This document shows, piece after piece, positions 12,386 to 25,200 of a stretch of DNA of 64,000 nt. This stretch comes from Mobula hypostoma (lineage: Eukaryota). The number at the start of each line of letters is the position of its first letter. Positions within the stretch are counted from its first letter, which is position 1. Made by a program: the position numbers and the translations under genes. The stretch is from NCBI RefSeq assembly GCF_963921235.1, contig NC_086108.1, positions 33,792,001 through 33,856,000 of the forward strand. The letters run 5' to 3'. The notes below the pieces were generated by a model. That model was given only the letters and a program-made list of their open reading frames with translations, was not told the DNA's origin and ran no database searches.

Positions 12386-13233
12386 TGATGAAAATTCAAT
12401 AGAAAGAGCATTGGTGACAACACAGCTGGACTTGTGCATACAGTTTTGGTCTTCTTATTTCAAGAGGAATAAACTTTCCTTGGAAGTATTTCAGAGGAGC
12501 TTAACCAGGCCGATTCCTGGCATGAAGAATTTTTCTTATGAGAACCATTTGAGCACGTTAAGCCAATATTGTTTGGAGTTTAAATGAATGAGACATAACA
12601 GCTTTTGAAATGTAAGATCCTGTGGGGCTGAACAGAGCGGATGCTAGGAGGATTATTTTTTTTCTCAAGGGGAACCTAGAGCAAATGACATAGTTCCAGT
12701 ATTAGGGGGTAGCAACCCACTTAGGATAGGGATGTGGAGGAATTTCTTCAGGGGTCATGAATCTTTGGAATTCTCTACTTTGGAGCTGTGGAGGCATTGA
12801 AAATATTTAAGGCAAAGATAAACAGGTTATACAGAGTTCAAGCAATTCAGGACAGACAGGAAAGAGGAATGGCAGCTGAGCTTAGAATAGTTATAACTTT
12901 ATTGACTGATGGAGCAGCCTAAGGGGTTGTTTAAGCTATTCGTGCCACTACTTATTTTCTTTCCTTCAGCTCCTCATGTTCTTCTTTTTGTAACTTGGTG
13001 ATCTGGTGAAGGGTAAAACAGGAGTCCTCTCTTAAGACCTTGCAGAGATCATGAAAGGACGTTGCCCTCATAAGCTTCTCCCTAAACTTTATGGTGGCTG
13101 TTGTGTGCAGGAACAGATGATAGTGAAGGAAACGCAAACAACAGGAATTCTGCAGATGCTGGAAATTCAAGCAACATACATCAAAGTTGCTGGTGAACGC
13201 AGCAGGCCAGGCAGCATCTATAGGAAGAGGCGC

Positions 13234-13269
13234 AGTCGACGTTTCAGGCCGAGACCCTTCGTCAGGACT
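13234..13269 (-). ncRNA. Minimal type I hammerhead ribozyme motif, intact
   Basis: AGUC-CUGACGA-AGG gucucgg CCU-GAAAC-GUC-GACU. Stem I AGUC/GACU, stem II AGG/CCU, both core boxes present, palindromic ACGU in place of stem III, as known for PLE hammerheads. Confidence 0.8.
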
Positions 13270-14144
13270 AACTGAAGGAAGAGTGAGTAAGGGATTTGAA
13301 AGCTGGAGGGGGAGGGGGAGATGCAAAATGATAGGAGAAGACAGGAGGGGGAGGGATAGAGCCGAGAGCTGGACAGGTGATAGGCAAAAGGGGATACGAG
13401 AGGATCATGGGACAGGAGGTCCGGGAAGAAAGACAAGGAGGGGGGGGTGACCCAGAGGATGGGCAAGAGGTATATTCAGAGGAACAGAGGGAGAAAAAGG
13501 AGAGTGAGAGAAAGAATGTGTGCATAAAAATGAGTAACAGATGGGGTACGAGGGGGAGGTGGGGCCTTAGCGGAAGTTAGAGAAGTTGATGTTCATGCCA
13601 TCAGGTTGGAGGCTACCCAGACGGAATATAAGGTGTTGTTCCTCCAACCTGAGTGTGGCTTCATCTTTACAGTAGAGGAGGCCGTGGATAGACATGTCAG
13701 AATGGGAATGGGATGTGGAATTAAAATGTGTGGCCACTGGGAGATCCTGCTTTCTCTGGCGGACAGAGCGTAGATGTTCAGCAAAGCGGTCTCCCAGTCT
13801 GCGTCGGGTCTCGCCAATATATAAAAGGCCTCATCGGGAGCACCGGACGCAGTATATCACCCCAGTCGACTCACAGGTGAAGTGATGCCTCACCTGGAAG
13901 GATTGTTTGGGGCCCTGAATGGTGGTAAGGGAGGAAGTGTAAGGGCATGTGTAGCACTTGTTCCGCTTACACGGATAAGTGCCAGGAGGGAGATCAGTGG
14001 GGAGGGATGGGGGGGACGAATGGACAAGGGAGTTGTGTAGGGAGCGATCCCTGCGGAATGCAGAGAGAGCGGGGGAGGGAAAGATGTGCTTAGTGGTGGG
14101 ATCCCATTGGAGGTGGTGGAAGTTACGGAGAATAATATGTTGGA

Positions 14145-14889
14145 GATGTCTTCCTTTTTTAAAGAAAGGGGCTTCCCTTCCTCCACTATCAACTCTGCTC
14201 TTAAACGCATCTCCCCCATTTCACGTACATCTGCTCTCACTCCATCCTCCCACCACCCCACTAGGAATAGGGTTCCCCTGGTCCTCACCTACCACCCCAC
14301 CAGCCTCCGGGTCCAACATATTATCCTCCGTAACTTCCGCCACCTCCAACGGGATCCTACCACTTGGCACATCTTTCCCTCCCCCCCTCTCTCTGCATTC
14401 CGCAGTGTTCGCTCCCTACGCAACTCCCTTGTCCATTCGTCCCCCCCATCCCTCCCCACTGATCTCCCTCCTGGCACTTATCCGTGTAAGCGGAACAAGT
14501 GCTACACATGCCCTTACACTTCCTCCCTTACCACCATTCAGGGCCCCAAACAGTCCTTCCAGGTGAGGCAACACTTCACCTGTGAGTCGGCTGGGGTGAT
14601 ATACTGCATCCGGTGCTCCCGATGTGGCCTTTTATATATTGGCGAGACCCGACGCAGACTGGGAGACCGCTTTGCTGAACATCTATGCTCTGTCCGCCAG
14701 AGAAAGCAGGATCTCCCAGTGGCCACACATTTTAATTCCACATCCCATTCCCATTCTGACATGTCTATCCACGGCCTCCTCTACTGTAAAGATGAAGCCA
14801 CCTTCAGGTTGGAGGAACAACACCTTATATTCTGTCTGGGTAGCCTCCAACCTAATGGCATGAACATCGACTTCTCTAACTTCCGCTAA
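14145..14889 (+). pseudogene. Penelope ORF C-terminal part: linker, Cys motif and GIY-YIG endonuclease (RT absent)
   Basis: CKRNKCYTC..GVIYCIRCSRCGLLYIGETRRRLGDRFAEH..VATHFN..LEEQHLIF..GMN; open to the stop at 14889. Codons before about 14144 belong to the inverted arm. Confidence 0.85.
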
Positions 14890-15185
14890 GGCCCCACCTC
14901 CCCCTCGTACCCCATCTGTTACTCATTTTTATGCACACATTCTTTCTCTCACTCTCCTTTTTCTCCCTCTGTCCCTCTGAATATACCCCTTGCCCATCCT
15001 CTGGGTGAACCCCCCTCCTTGTCTTTCTTTCCGGACCTCCTGTCCCATGATCCTCTCGTATCCCCTTTTGCCTATCACCTGTCCAGCTCTCGGCTCTATC
15101 CCTCCCCCTCCTGTCTTCTCCTATCATTTTGGATTTCCCCCTCCCCCTCCAACTTTCAAATCCCTTACTCACTCTTCCTTCAGTT

Positions 15186-15221
15186 AGTCCAGATGAAGGG
15201 TCTCGGCCTGAAACGTCGACT
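15186..15221 (+). ncRNA. Hammerhead motif with a mutated core (CAGAUGA)
   Basis: AGTC CAGATGA AGGGTCTCGGCCT GAAAC GTC GACT; the U of CUGA is replaced by A. Confidence 0.6.
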
Positions 15222-15375
15222 GCACCTCTTCCTACAGATGCTGCTTGGCCTGCTGCGTTCACCAGCAACTTTGATATATGTTGCTTGATAGTGAAGGTGT
15301 AGCCTGTGGTCCAATTGAAAAGGGATGTGTAGTACTCACAATGAAACACTGTTAATGTAATGAGTTTACATACCT

Positions 15376-17565
15376 GTAAGACCACAAGACATGGAAGCAG
15401 AATTAGGCCATTTGGCCCATCGAGTCTGCTCCACCATTTGATGATGGATGATTTATTTTCCCTCTCAACCCATTCTTCTGCATTCACCCCGTAATCTTTG
15501 ACACCCTTACCAATCAAGAATATATCAATCTCCACTTTAAAATTACCCGTGAATTTGGCATCCAGAGCCATCGGTGGCAATGAATTCCACACATTCACCA
15601 CCATCCTATTAAAGAAATTCATTCTTATCTCTGTTCTAAAGGGACGTCCTTCTATTATTCTGAGGTGCCCTCTGATGCTAGACTCTCCCTCTACAGGAAA
15701 CATCTTTTGCACGTCTATTCTATCTAGGACTTCTAATATACAGTAGGTTTCAAAGAGATCCCCCTCAATGAGTTCTTCTAAACTCCAGTGACTACAGACC
15801 TACAGCACCTCGTGTTAACCCTTTCATTCCCAGGATCATTCTTGTGAATCTCTTCTGGATGCCAGCACATCCTTTCTAAGATAGCAGTTTGGGGCTCCAT
15901 ATTTAAGAAGGATGGGGCCCCAAACTGCTCACAATACTCCAAATGCAGTCTGATCAATGCCTCATAAAGCCTTAGCATTAGATCCTTGCTTTTATATTCT
16001 AGTCCTCTAGAAATGAACACTAACATTGCAATTGCCTTCCTTACCACCGTTTCAGCTTGCAAGTTAACCTTCAGGGTACAAGGACTCTGAAATCCATTTG
16101 CATTTCCAACTTCTGAAATTGTTCCCTGTTTAGAAAATAGTCTATGCCTTTATTCCTTCTACCAAAGTGCATGACCATACACTTCCGTACACAATATTCC
16201 ACCTGCCACTCCTTTGCTCATTTTCTCAATCTCAGTCTTTCTGCAGACTCGTTGCCAACACTAGCTGCCCTCCACCTATTTTGGTATCATCCACAAACTT
16301 AGCCCAAAACCATCAATTCTATCGTCAAGCTCAGAGACCTCGGCCTGCACCCCACCTTGTGCAGCAGCATCCTAGACTTCCTATCGGATCGCTGACAGGT
16401 GATATTGATGGGCTCCCTCACCTCTGCCTCCCTGACCCTCAACACAGAGGCCCCCCGGAGTTGTGTTCTGAGAATCCTTCTCTACTTCCTGTACACCCAC
16501 GACTGTGCTGCCACACACAGCTCCAACTTGTTGATCAAACTCACAGATGACACGACTTTGATCAGCCTTATTTCTAGCAGTGACAAGACAGCCTACAGAG
16601 GAGAGGGTGACACCCTGACACAGTGGTGCTAAGATAACAAACTCTCCCTCAATGTCCAAAAAACAAAAGAGCTGATTGTGGATTACAGGAGGAACGGAGA
16701 CAGGCTCGGCCCCCGATCAACGTCAATGAGTCTGCAGTTGAGAGGGTGAGTAGTTTAAATTCTTCAGTATACACATCACCGATCATCTCACCTGGACCAC
16801 ACGCACTGGCTTTGTGGCAGAAAAAGCACAACAGCGTCTCTTCCACCACAGGCGACTGAAGAAGTTCAGCGTGGGACCCCAAATCCTCAAGACCTTCTAC
16901 AGGGGCACATTGAGAGCATCCTCACTGGCAGTATCACCACCTGGTACAGGAACTGCACCAACCGTGATCGCTGGGCACTGCAGACAATGATATGAGCAAC
17001 CCAGCGCATCTGAGGATCTGAACTTCCCTCCACTGAGGACAGTTATAGCATCAGGTGCAGAAAGAAGGCCTGGAAGATCATCAGGGACACCAGTCACCCT
17101 AACCATAAACTGTTTCAGCTGCTTCCATCTGGCAAATGGTACCACAGCATTAAAGCCAGGACCAACAGGCTACAGGGCAGCTTCTTTCTACAAGCTATTA
17201 GACTTTTAAATTCACATGTCTGTACATTGTGACAGAGTCAAAACGCAAAGATTTTTACTCCCTTACGTTGTGGGATGGATGTAAGATTTAAATAAATTCA
17301 AGTTAAATAAATTCAATTCCAAATCATTGACATATAACATGAAAAGATGCAGTCCCATCACCAAACCATGCAGAATATCATTAGTAACCAGCAGCCAAAC
17401 AGGAAAAAACCCTCTCTATTCCCACTCTATGCCTTCTACCAGTCAGCCAATCTTCTATCCTTCCTAGTATCTTTCCTGTGAGACAATGGGCTCTAGTTAA
17501 GCAAGCCTCATATGTGGCACCTTATCAAAAGCCTTCTGAAAATCCAAGTAAACAACATCCATCAT
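15376..17565 (-). mobile_element. CR1 ORF2 3' part split by a Rex-Babar insertion
   Basis: RLHLEYCEQF (15778-16062), YLDFQKAFDKVPH (17497-17560); tail at about 15376-15395. Confidence 0.8.
16328..17320 (+). mobile_element. 5'-truncated Rex-Babar LINE
   Basis: LYTHDCAATHSSNLLIKLTDDTTLISLIS (RT). Tail is aaataaattcaa repeats. The host CR1 resumes at caaatcattgac. Confidence 0.75.
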
Positions 17566-17569
17566 ACTT

Positions 17570-17800
17570 TCTTGTTCTGCACCCTTCCTTTCCAATCCTT
17601 TGAAGGATCTCTGTCTGAAAAGGAGATTGTTCATTTTTCTGCATAGATGCTTTCTGAGCTGCTGACTTCCTCTCTGCAATCAGTGCTGATGCAGGATTTT
17701 AGCCCAAAACATTGACAATTCCTTTCCACCTACAAACACTGCTCAAACTGTTGAGTTCTTCCAGCAGACTGTTACATCAGACTCCAGCGTCTGCAATCCA
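17570..17800 (+). mobile_element. Two tandem degenerate pLTR remnants
   Basis: Two decayed ctgaNga..gaaa..gatgc..gagttc(c/t)tc units in direct orientation. Confidence 0.45.
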
Positions 17801-18214
17801 TGCAGGATATTAAGTCAAGTTTCCATTAGATTATATGTGGGTACTTAGTCCCTATGTGCAGAATCGAGGGGATTGAAGGTTATGGAGGAGTGGAAGCAGA
17901 GGTGGTATGATCAGGGTTGGGGACTTCATACAGTGAAGATAAAGTAACAACTTGTGTGGGTGTCTGTACAGCACAGCAGCTCTTTCAGTGATGGGTTGCT
18001 CACTTTGACATATTTTTTAGATTATGAGAACACTTAGTCCTCTTTTTATTGTCATTTAGAAATGCATACATGCATTAAGATATGATACAATGTTTCTCCG
18101 GAGTGATATCACAGAAAAAACAGGACAAACCAAAGACAAACACTGACAGAACCACATAATTATAACATATAGTTACAGCAGTGCAAAGCAATACCATAAT
18201 TTGATGAAGAACAG

Positions 18215-18877
18215 ATGGGGAGTACCCCGGTGGCTGTGCCCCTTAACAACAGGTACTCCTGTTTGAGTACTGTTGGGGAGGACAGCTTACCCGGGGGAAG
18301 CGACAGTGGCCGTGCCTCTGGCACAGAGTCTGGCCCTGTAGCTCAGAAGGGTAGGGCAAGGAAGAGGAGGGCAGTTGTAATAAGGGACTCAATAGTAAGG
18401 GGGTCAGATAGGCGATTCTGTGGACGCAGTCCAGAGACCCGGATGGTAGTTTGCCTCCCTGGTGCCAGGGTCCGGGATATTTCTGATCGTGTCCAAGATA
18501 TCCTGAAGTGGGAGGGTGAGGAGCCAGAGGTCGTGGTACATATAGGTACCAATGACATAGGTAGGAAAAGGGATGAGGTCCTGAAAGGAGAATATAGGGA
18601 GCTAGGAAGGGAGTTGAGAAAAAGGACCGCAAAGGTAGTAATCTTGGGATTACTGCCTGTGCCACGCGACAGTGAGAGTAGGAATGCGATGAGGTGGAGG
18701 ATAAATGCGTGGCTGAGGGATTGGAGCAGGGGGCAGGGATTCAAGTTTTTGGATCATTGGGACCTCTTTTGGCGCAGGCGTGACCTGTACAAAAAGGACG
18801 GGTTACACTTGAATCCTAGGGGGACCAATAACCTGGCAGGGAGATTAGCGGGGGCTACTGAGGTGACTTTAAACTAG
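18215..18877 (+). pseudogene. CR1 ORF1 SGNH/GDSL esterase domain (N-truncated)
   Basis: VIRDSIVRG (GDS block with G to R), CLPGA, HIGTNDIG, KKDGLHLN. Confidence 0.85.
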
Positions 18878-18882
18878 AATGG

Positions 18883-21800
18883 TTGGGGGGTGGGAATCAA
18901 ATTAAAGAGACTAGGCGTGAGGAGGTTAGTTCACAACAGGGGGGTGGGAACCAGTGCAGAGAGACAGAGGGGTGTAAAGTGAGCGTAGAAGCAAAAAGTA
19001 CAAAGGAGAAAAGTAAAAGTGGCAGGCTGACAAATCCAGGGCAAGCATTAAAAAGGGCCACTTTACAACATAATTGTACAAGGGCTAAGAGAGTTGTAAA
19101 AGAGCGCCTGAAGGCTTTGTGTGTCAATGCAAGGAGCATTCGTAATAAGGTGGATGAATTGAAAGTGCAGATTGTTATTAATGATTATGATATAGTTGGG
19201 ATCACAGAGACATGGCTCCAGGGTGACCAGGGATGGGAGCTCAACGTTCAGGGATATTCAATATTCAGGAGGGATAGACATGAAGGAAGGGGAGGTGGGG
19301 TGGCGTTGCTGGGTAAAGAAGAGATTAATGCAATGGAAAGGAAGGACATAAGCCGGGAAGATGTGGAATCGATATGGGTAGAGCTGTGTAACACTAAGGG
19401 GCAGAAGACGCTGGTGGGAGTTGTGTACAGGCCACCTAACAGTAGTAGTGAGGTCGGAGATGGTATTAAACAGGAAATTAGAAATGTGTGCAATAAAGGA
19501 ACAGCAGTTATAATGGGTGACTTCAATCTACATGTAGACTGGGTGAACCAAATTGGTAAAGGTGCTGAGGAAGTGGATTTCCTGGAATGTATGCGGGATG
19601 GTTTTTTGAACCAACATGTCGAGGAACCAACTAGAGAGCAGGCTATTCTGGACTGGGTTTTGAGCAATGAGGAAGGGTTAATTAGCAATCTAGTCGTGAG
19701 AGGCCCCTTGGGTAAGAGTGACCATAATATGGTGGAATTCTTCATTAATATGGAGAGTGACATAGTTAATTCAGAAACAAAGGTTCTGAACTTAAAGAGG
19801 GGTAACTTTGAAGGTATGAGGCGTGAATTAGCTAAGATAGACTGGCAAATGACACTTAAAGGATTGACGGTGGATATGCAATGGCAAGCATTTAAAGGTT
19901 GCATGGATGAACTGCAACAATTGTTCATCCCAGTTTGGCAAAAGAATAAATCAAGGAAGGTAGCGCACCCGTGGCTGACAAGAGAAATTAGGGATAGTAT
20001 CAATTCCAAAGAAGTAGCATACAAATTAGCCAGAGAAAATGGCTCACCTGAGGACTGGGAGAAATTCAGAGTTCAGCAGAGGAGGACAGAGGGCTTAATT
20101 AGGAAGGGGAAAAAAGATTATTAGAGAAAACTGGCAGAGAACATAAAAACGGACTGTAAAAGCTTTTATAGATATGTAAAAAGGAAAAGACTGGTAAAGA
20201 CAAATGTAGGTCCCCTACAGACAGAAACAGGTGAATTGATTATGGGGAGCAAGGACATGGCAGACCAATTGAATAATTACTTTGGTTCTGTCTTCACTAA
20301 GGAGGACATAAATAATCTTCCAGAAATAGTAAGGGACAGAGGGTCCAGTGAGATGGAGGAACTGAGCGAAATACATGTTAGTAGGGAAGTGGTGTTAGGT
20401 AAATTGAAGGGATTGAAGGCAGATAAATCCCCAGGGCCAGATGGTCTGCATCCTAGAGTGCTTAAGGAAGTAGCCCAAGAAATAGTGGATGCATTAGTGA
20501 TAATTTTTCAAAACTCGTTAGATTCTGGACTAGTTCCTGGGATTTGGAGGGTGGCTAATGTAACCCCACTTTTTAAAAAAGGAGGGAGAGAGAAACCGGC
20601 GAATTATAGACCGGTTAGCCTAACGTCGGTGGTGGGGAAACTGCTGGAGTCAATTATCAAGGATGTGATAACAGCACATTTGGAAAGCGGTGAAATGATC
20701 GGACAAAGTCAGCATGGATTTGTGAAAGGAAAATCATGTCTGACGAATCTCATAGAATTTTTTGAGGATGTAACTAGTAGAGTGGATAGGGGAGAACCAG
20801 TGGATGTGGTATATTTGGATTTTCAAAAGGCTTTTGACAAGGTCCCACACAGGAGATTAGTGTGGAAACTTAAAGCACACGGTATTGGGGGTAAGGTATT
20901 GGTGTGGGTGGAGAATTGGTTAGCAGACAGGAAGCAAAGAGTGGGAATAAACGGGACCTTTTCAGAATGGCAGGCGGTGACTAGTGGGGTACCGCAAGGC
21001 TCAGTGCTGGGACCCCAGTTGTTTACAATATATATTAATGACTTGGATGAGGGAATTAAATGCAGCATCTCCAAGTTTGCGGATGACACGAAGCTGGGTG
21101 GCAGTGTTAGCAGTGAGGAGGATGCTAAGAGGATGCAGGGTGACTTGGATAGGTTGGGTGAGTGGGCAAACTCATGGCAGATGCAATTTAACGTGGATAA
21201 ATGTGAAGTTATCCACTTTGGTGGCAAAAATAGGAAAACAGATTATTATCTGAATGGTGGCCGATTAGGAAAAGGGGAGGTGTAACGAGACCTGGGTGTC
21301 ATTATACACCAGTCATTGAAAGTGGGCATGCAGGTACAGCAGGCGGTGAAAAAGGCAAATGGTATGCTGGCATTTATAGTGAGAGGATTCGAGTACAGGA
21401 GCAGGGAGGTACTACTGCAGTTGTACAAGGCCTTGGTGAGACCACACCTGGAGTATTGTGTGCAGTTTTGGTCCCCTAATCTGAGGAAAGACATCTTTGC
21501 CATAGAGGGAGTACAAAGAAGGTTCACCAGATTGATTCCTGGGATGGCAGGACTTTCATATGAAGAAAGACTGGATGAACTGGGCTTGTACTCGTTGGAA
21601 TTTAGAAGATTGAGGGGGGATCTGATTGAAACGTATAAGATCCTAAAGGGATTGGACAGGCTAGATGCAGGAAGATTGTTCCCGATGTTGGGGAAGTCCA
21701 GAATGAGGGATCACAGTTTGAGGATAAAGGGGAAGCCTTTTAGGACCGAGATTAGGAAAAACTTCTTCACACAGAGAGTGGTGAATCTGTGGAATTCTCT

Positions 21801-21915
21801 GCCACAGCAAACTGTTGAGGCCAGTTCATTGGCTATGTTTAAGAGGGAGTTAGATGTGGCCCTTGTGGCTACAGGGGTCAGGGGGTATGGAGGGAAGGCT
21901 GGGGCGGGGTTCTGA
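18883..21915 (+). pseudogene. CR1 ORF2 (APE endonuclease plus RT), two nonsense codons, no frameshift
   Basis: ORFs starting 18883, 20236 and 21316 share a frame; stops at 20122-20124 and 21283-21285. Motifs NARSI, GITETWL, MGDFN, SDHN, YLDFQKAFD, GVPQGSVLGP, KFADD. Confidence 0.92.
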
Positions 21916-24239
21916 GTTGGATGATCAGCCATGATCATAATAAATGGCGGTGCAGGCTCAAAGGGCCGAATGGCCTACTCCTGCACCTATTTTCTATGTT
22001 TCTATGTTTCTATGTAACAGGCCATGGGCACAGTAAAAAATAGTCTCGAAGTCCCAAGTCGATCGATTCCCGAGTTCCCGATAGCAGGCGGGAAAAGGGA
22101 GAAACTCCCTGCCATAAACCTCCAGGCACCATCAACTTGCCGATGCCTTGGAAGCAGCCGACCACAGCCAACACTGAGTCCATCCATCCGAAAACTTCAA
22201 GCTTCCAACCAGCCCCTCCGATACAGCCTCCCGAGCGCCATCCTCTACCAAGCGCCTTCGACCTCTCCCCAGCCACCGAAACACGCAAAGCCGAGGATTT
22301 CGGGACCTTCAGTTCCGGATATTCTGGTTACCACACAGTAGCATCGGCAGCGAACGGGGCATTTCAGAAGTTTTCCAGATGTTCCTCCGTACTCTCACGT
22401 CCATCTCCATCAAATCAGAATTGTGCACGTTCCCATACTTGACAGATAACAGACATTATCACCGAAGAGGCCGCGTGCAATGCCGTCGCGCCTCCATCTT
22501 CTCCTCCCATTAAGATATTTAGAGATATGAAATCTCTTGTCTCCATTGTGTACAGATTTTCACTCTTGGAGGAAACAGCTCAAGCCACCTTCTGCGTCAG
22601 CTTCTTCTCATCTTGGCCCTTGGAGGTTGCCTGGATCCCTTGACACACAGTCCCTTCCTCTGAGCATGCGTCTCAGACCCCAGCAGGGCAATGTCCCTTT
22701 GTGTAAATATCCCCCGCATCAGAGTCACAGTAAAGTGGGAGCTGCTGCACTGAATTTCACCTAGTCCTGCTAGGAACCATGAGAGACTTCATTTGAACAA
22801 CTTTGCTTATGTGTACAAGGTTAGAGTGCTGTGCATGCTTGGATTTGCCTTTTCTTGACAAGGACCTGATTTAGCACTAGCACCACAAATACCCCTATTT
22901 CAGTGTGCAAAAGTAAGTGCAATCCAATTGCATACATTTATGTTTCTCCTGCTGTAAAAATAAAGTTGTAGATTATTTAACTATTCTCAAGAATATCAGA
23001 CACAACCTACCAGCAATCAGTAAAACTTCTCAATTTTTAACAAGATATACCAATACCATCACACACATTAAAACATTATATTAAACTGGTCTCAGTGAGA
23101 ATAAATTAAAAATATCATGGAAAACACACAAAAAAACTTTCCTGATGGTCATAAAAACCTGGTTCTAATAGTCACTGAGACTAAGCAGAAATATTGACAG
23201 AAAATTCATATTCAAGTATTCGTAACAAAGCGCACAGGGATGGCAAGATTGCAGTTGGGGAAATGAATAGATGCTGTCAAAGACTATGGCAATTGGAGCT
23301 ATTGGAATGGTCATAATATGGCAATGCTTTAAATTTTAGTAGTATTTTAGATTGCGCAACTGATTTGCATTCAAGTAATGTACATCTCTGGGTACAAGTC
23401 ACACTGGGAAATTAATACCATATTGAGAAGGTAGAAAAGGCAGTAAACATGTTTTCCTATTATCAACAATAAAATTGCCTCTAGCCAAACTCCATTGCAC
23501 TTCTTTATCTGGTAATTACATTGGCAGTTTCAGCAACGCACTTGCTAGGTTCTTGACAACATTTTACAAAAATCTTGGGACGGTGCATTAAGTGCTTTTT
23601 GGCACCCAGCAATGTCTGGGAGGAAGAGGCTGAGACTTCTCAGGGGGAGTTCTTTCATAGCAGAACTAAAATATTGACTGTTCCATCACATATACTCAGG
23701 GATTATTTGAGAAAAACTCTTTCTGACCTAGTAAAGGAATTTTCTAAGAGCTATCTGGACTTTCTTATTAACTCTTTACACAATGAAGCTGGTTGTTGTA
23801 GCATTACCCCCAATGTATAACTTTGTTTTTTTCCTAGTGAACAGTTGTATGCATCTTCTCAAAATTCAGCCTTGGAGGAAAAATTCAATGAATGATTTGT
23901 TTGGCCTCAAAAGTTTAAATTTTTCTATTTAAGTAAATTTTTATTGTGGCTTGTCTGGTAAAGCACCAGAGTTCTGCTTTCAGCAATTTAAAACAGCTTG
24001 TGGTGAATATTTTGGGGACCTAGTTTATAGCCTGCTGTTGGAGAACCTTACTGCTTCTACACTAGAGTCTGCATTGTACAAAGGAGAACGATGTAAATTC
24101 ATGATCAGAACTGTGATTTAAGGCTCCAGAGATTTTTGCATATTTCATATTGATGCAAAATAAGCAAATAAAACCAGCCTCCGTTTTTCACAAGCCCAGA
24201 CTCAGTCTCTTTGCCTTTGTCGCATTTGTTCCAATGGAA

Positions 24240-24625
24240 AGACCTTGCACTCAGCAGCTTCTGAACTGTCCTCCTTCTTCCTGAAATGTGTCTTCCCCTG
24301 TGCCATAACCTTTGGAGCTCTCAACTGTACATTCTCGATTTCCTACATGTCTACTCTCACCTACTACCTCCTGAAACAGAACGAAGATAGCTTCCTTAGT
24401 ACTAACTCTCCAGCGTTCAGTAGCAATGTCTACCTATTACCACGAGTCATATTTTTCCCCTCATCTCTCTGCTTTTTACCAGGACTGCTCACTTTGTGAG
24501 CCCCTGTTGGGCTCTACTTTTCCCAATTATGGCACCTTCCCACGTAGGTGGTCAATTCACATCTTCCCTTGTCACTGTGCTGGGGGCCAAAACAACCATA
24601 CCACGTGAGGCAGCAATTCACTGCA
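24240..24625 (+). mobile_element. Old Penelope-like fragment
   Basis: ELSSFFLKCVFPCAITFGALN resembles EMSSFFKERGFPSSTINSALK in the 14-kb element. Confidence 0.55.
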
Positions 24626-24649
24626 GTAAAGAAACTGTGTCATCGCACA

Positions 24650-25200
24650 GAAAATGCACGAAGTTAGCATTTAGGTAAAGCCAGTAATTAGAAAAGCAAA
24701 TAGAATATTGCTCGTATTGCCAAGCTGATGGAATATAAAGCACAGCCCCGGCTGCTGTGATTCGTGCCCGCTAATATGATGAACTGATAAGCGAGGCTTT
24801 GGGCCTGCTCTGGGCTGCTCTGAGGTTTGGGTCTAAGAACTCAATTTGTTTTGGAAAGTTGGTGTTTGCTTCAATTGTTTGCATGATTTGTGCTTTTTTT
24901 CCCTTTCTCTTGCACATTGGGTGTTGGTCTTTTATTTTTTTTTAATTGGGCTCTTTTGGGTTTCTTGTTTTTTTGCTACCTGTAGGCAAACAAATCTCAA
25001 AGTTGTATAATTTATACATCCTTGATAATAAATGTACTTTAAAACTTTAAAAGTAGGGGAGTCTTACTACAGTACGGGACATTGTGAGAATTCACTTAGA
25101 GTACTGAGTACAATACTGGTCTAAGAGTACGTTGCAAGATTGATACCTGGAATAAAAGGAATTGAGTTGGTTTGATCAATACTCTTCAGGATTTAAATTA
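24650..25200 (+). mobile_element. Decayed CR1 fragment with a LINE-tailed non-coding insert (about 24740-25048)
   Basis: Host reads MEYK | SRGVLLQ across the insert. The insert ends cttgataataaatgtacttt. Confidence 0.5.

Larger units (their letters stand above)
11010..12950 (+). mobile_element. Highly decayed CR1 ORF2 with SINE and pLTR insertions
   Basis: ORF 12336-12587 has LDLCIQFWS..LEVFQRSLTRPIPG; CR1-like 3' end near 12900. Confidence 0.6.
13130..15285 (-). mobile_element. Penelope-like element as a large inverted duplication (GIY-YIG region plus pLTR, twice)
   Basis: About 13167-14143 is the near-exact reverse complement of about 14312-15288. Perfect 12-bp TSD TGATAGTGAAGG at 13118-13129 and 15286-15297. 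Confidence 0.9.
18215..22015 (+). mobile_element. Young, nearly intact CR1 LINE, 5'-truncated within ORF1
   Basis: TSD AACAG at 18210-18214 and 22016-22020; (TTTCTATG)3 tail; ORF1 and ORF2 as listed below. Confidence 0.95.
18018..22510 (-). mobile_element. Non-coding element (AAGATGG head near 22500, AATAAA plus short-repeat tail near 18020-18050) split by a CR1
   Basis: Segments 18018-18214 and 22016-22510 join through the TSD AACAG. The 5' part is CpG-rich. Confidence 0.6.

Noticed and set aside
14876..15712. 278-aa minus-strand ORF
   Set aside because: Chance read-through joining a CR1 3' end, unique spacer and the antisense Penelope pLTR.
19248..21938. Long minus-strand ORFs (258, 134, 93 aa) opposite CR1 ORF2, and similar ORFs opposite other LINEs
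   Set aside because: Antisense shadows of LINE reading frames with no independent domain signal.
22537..23820. Short ORFs in non-repeat sequence (22537-22764, 23575-23820)
   Set aside because: No recognisable homology or consistent splice structure.
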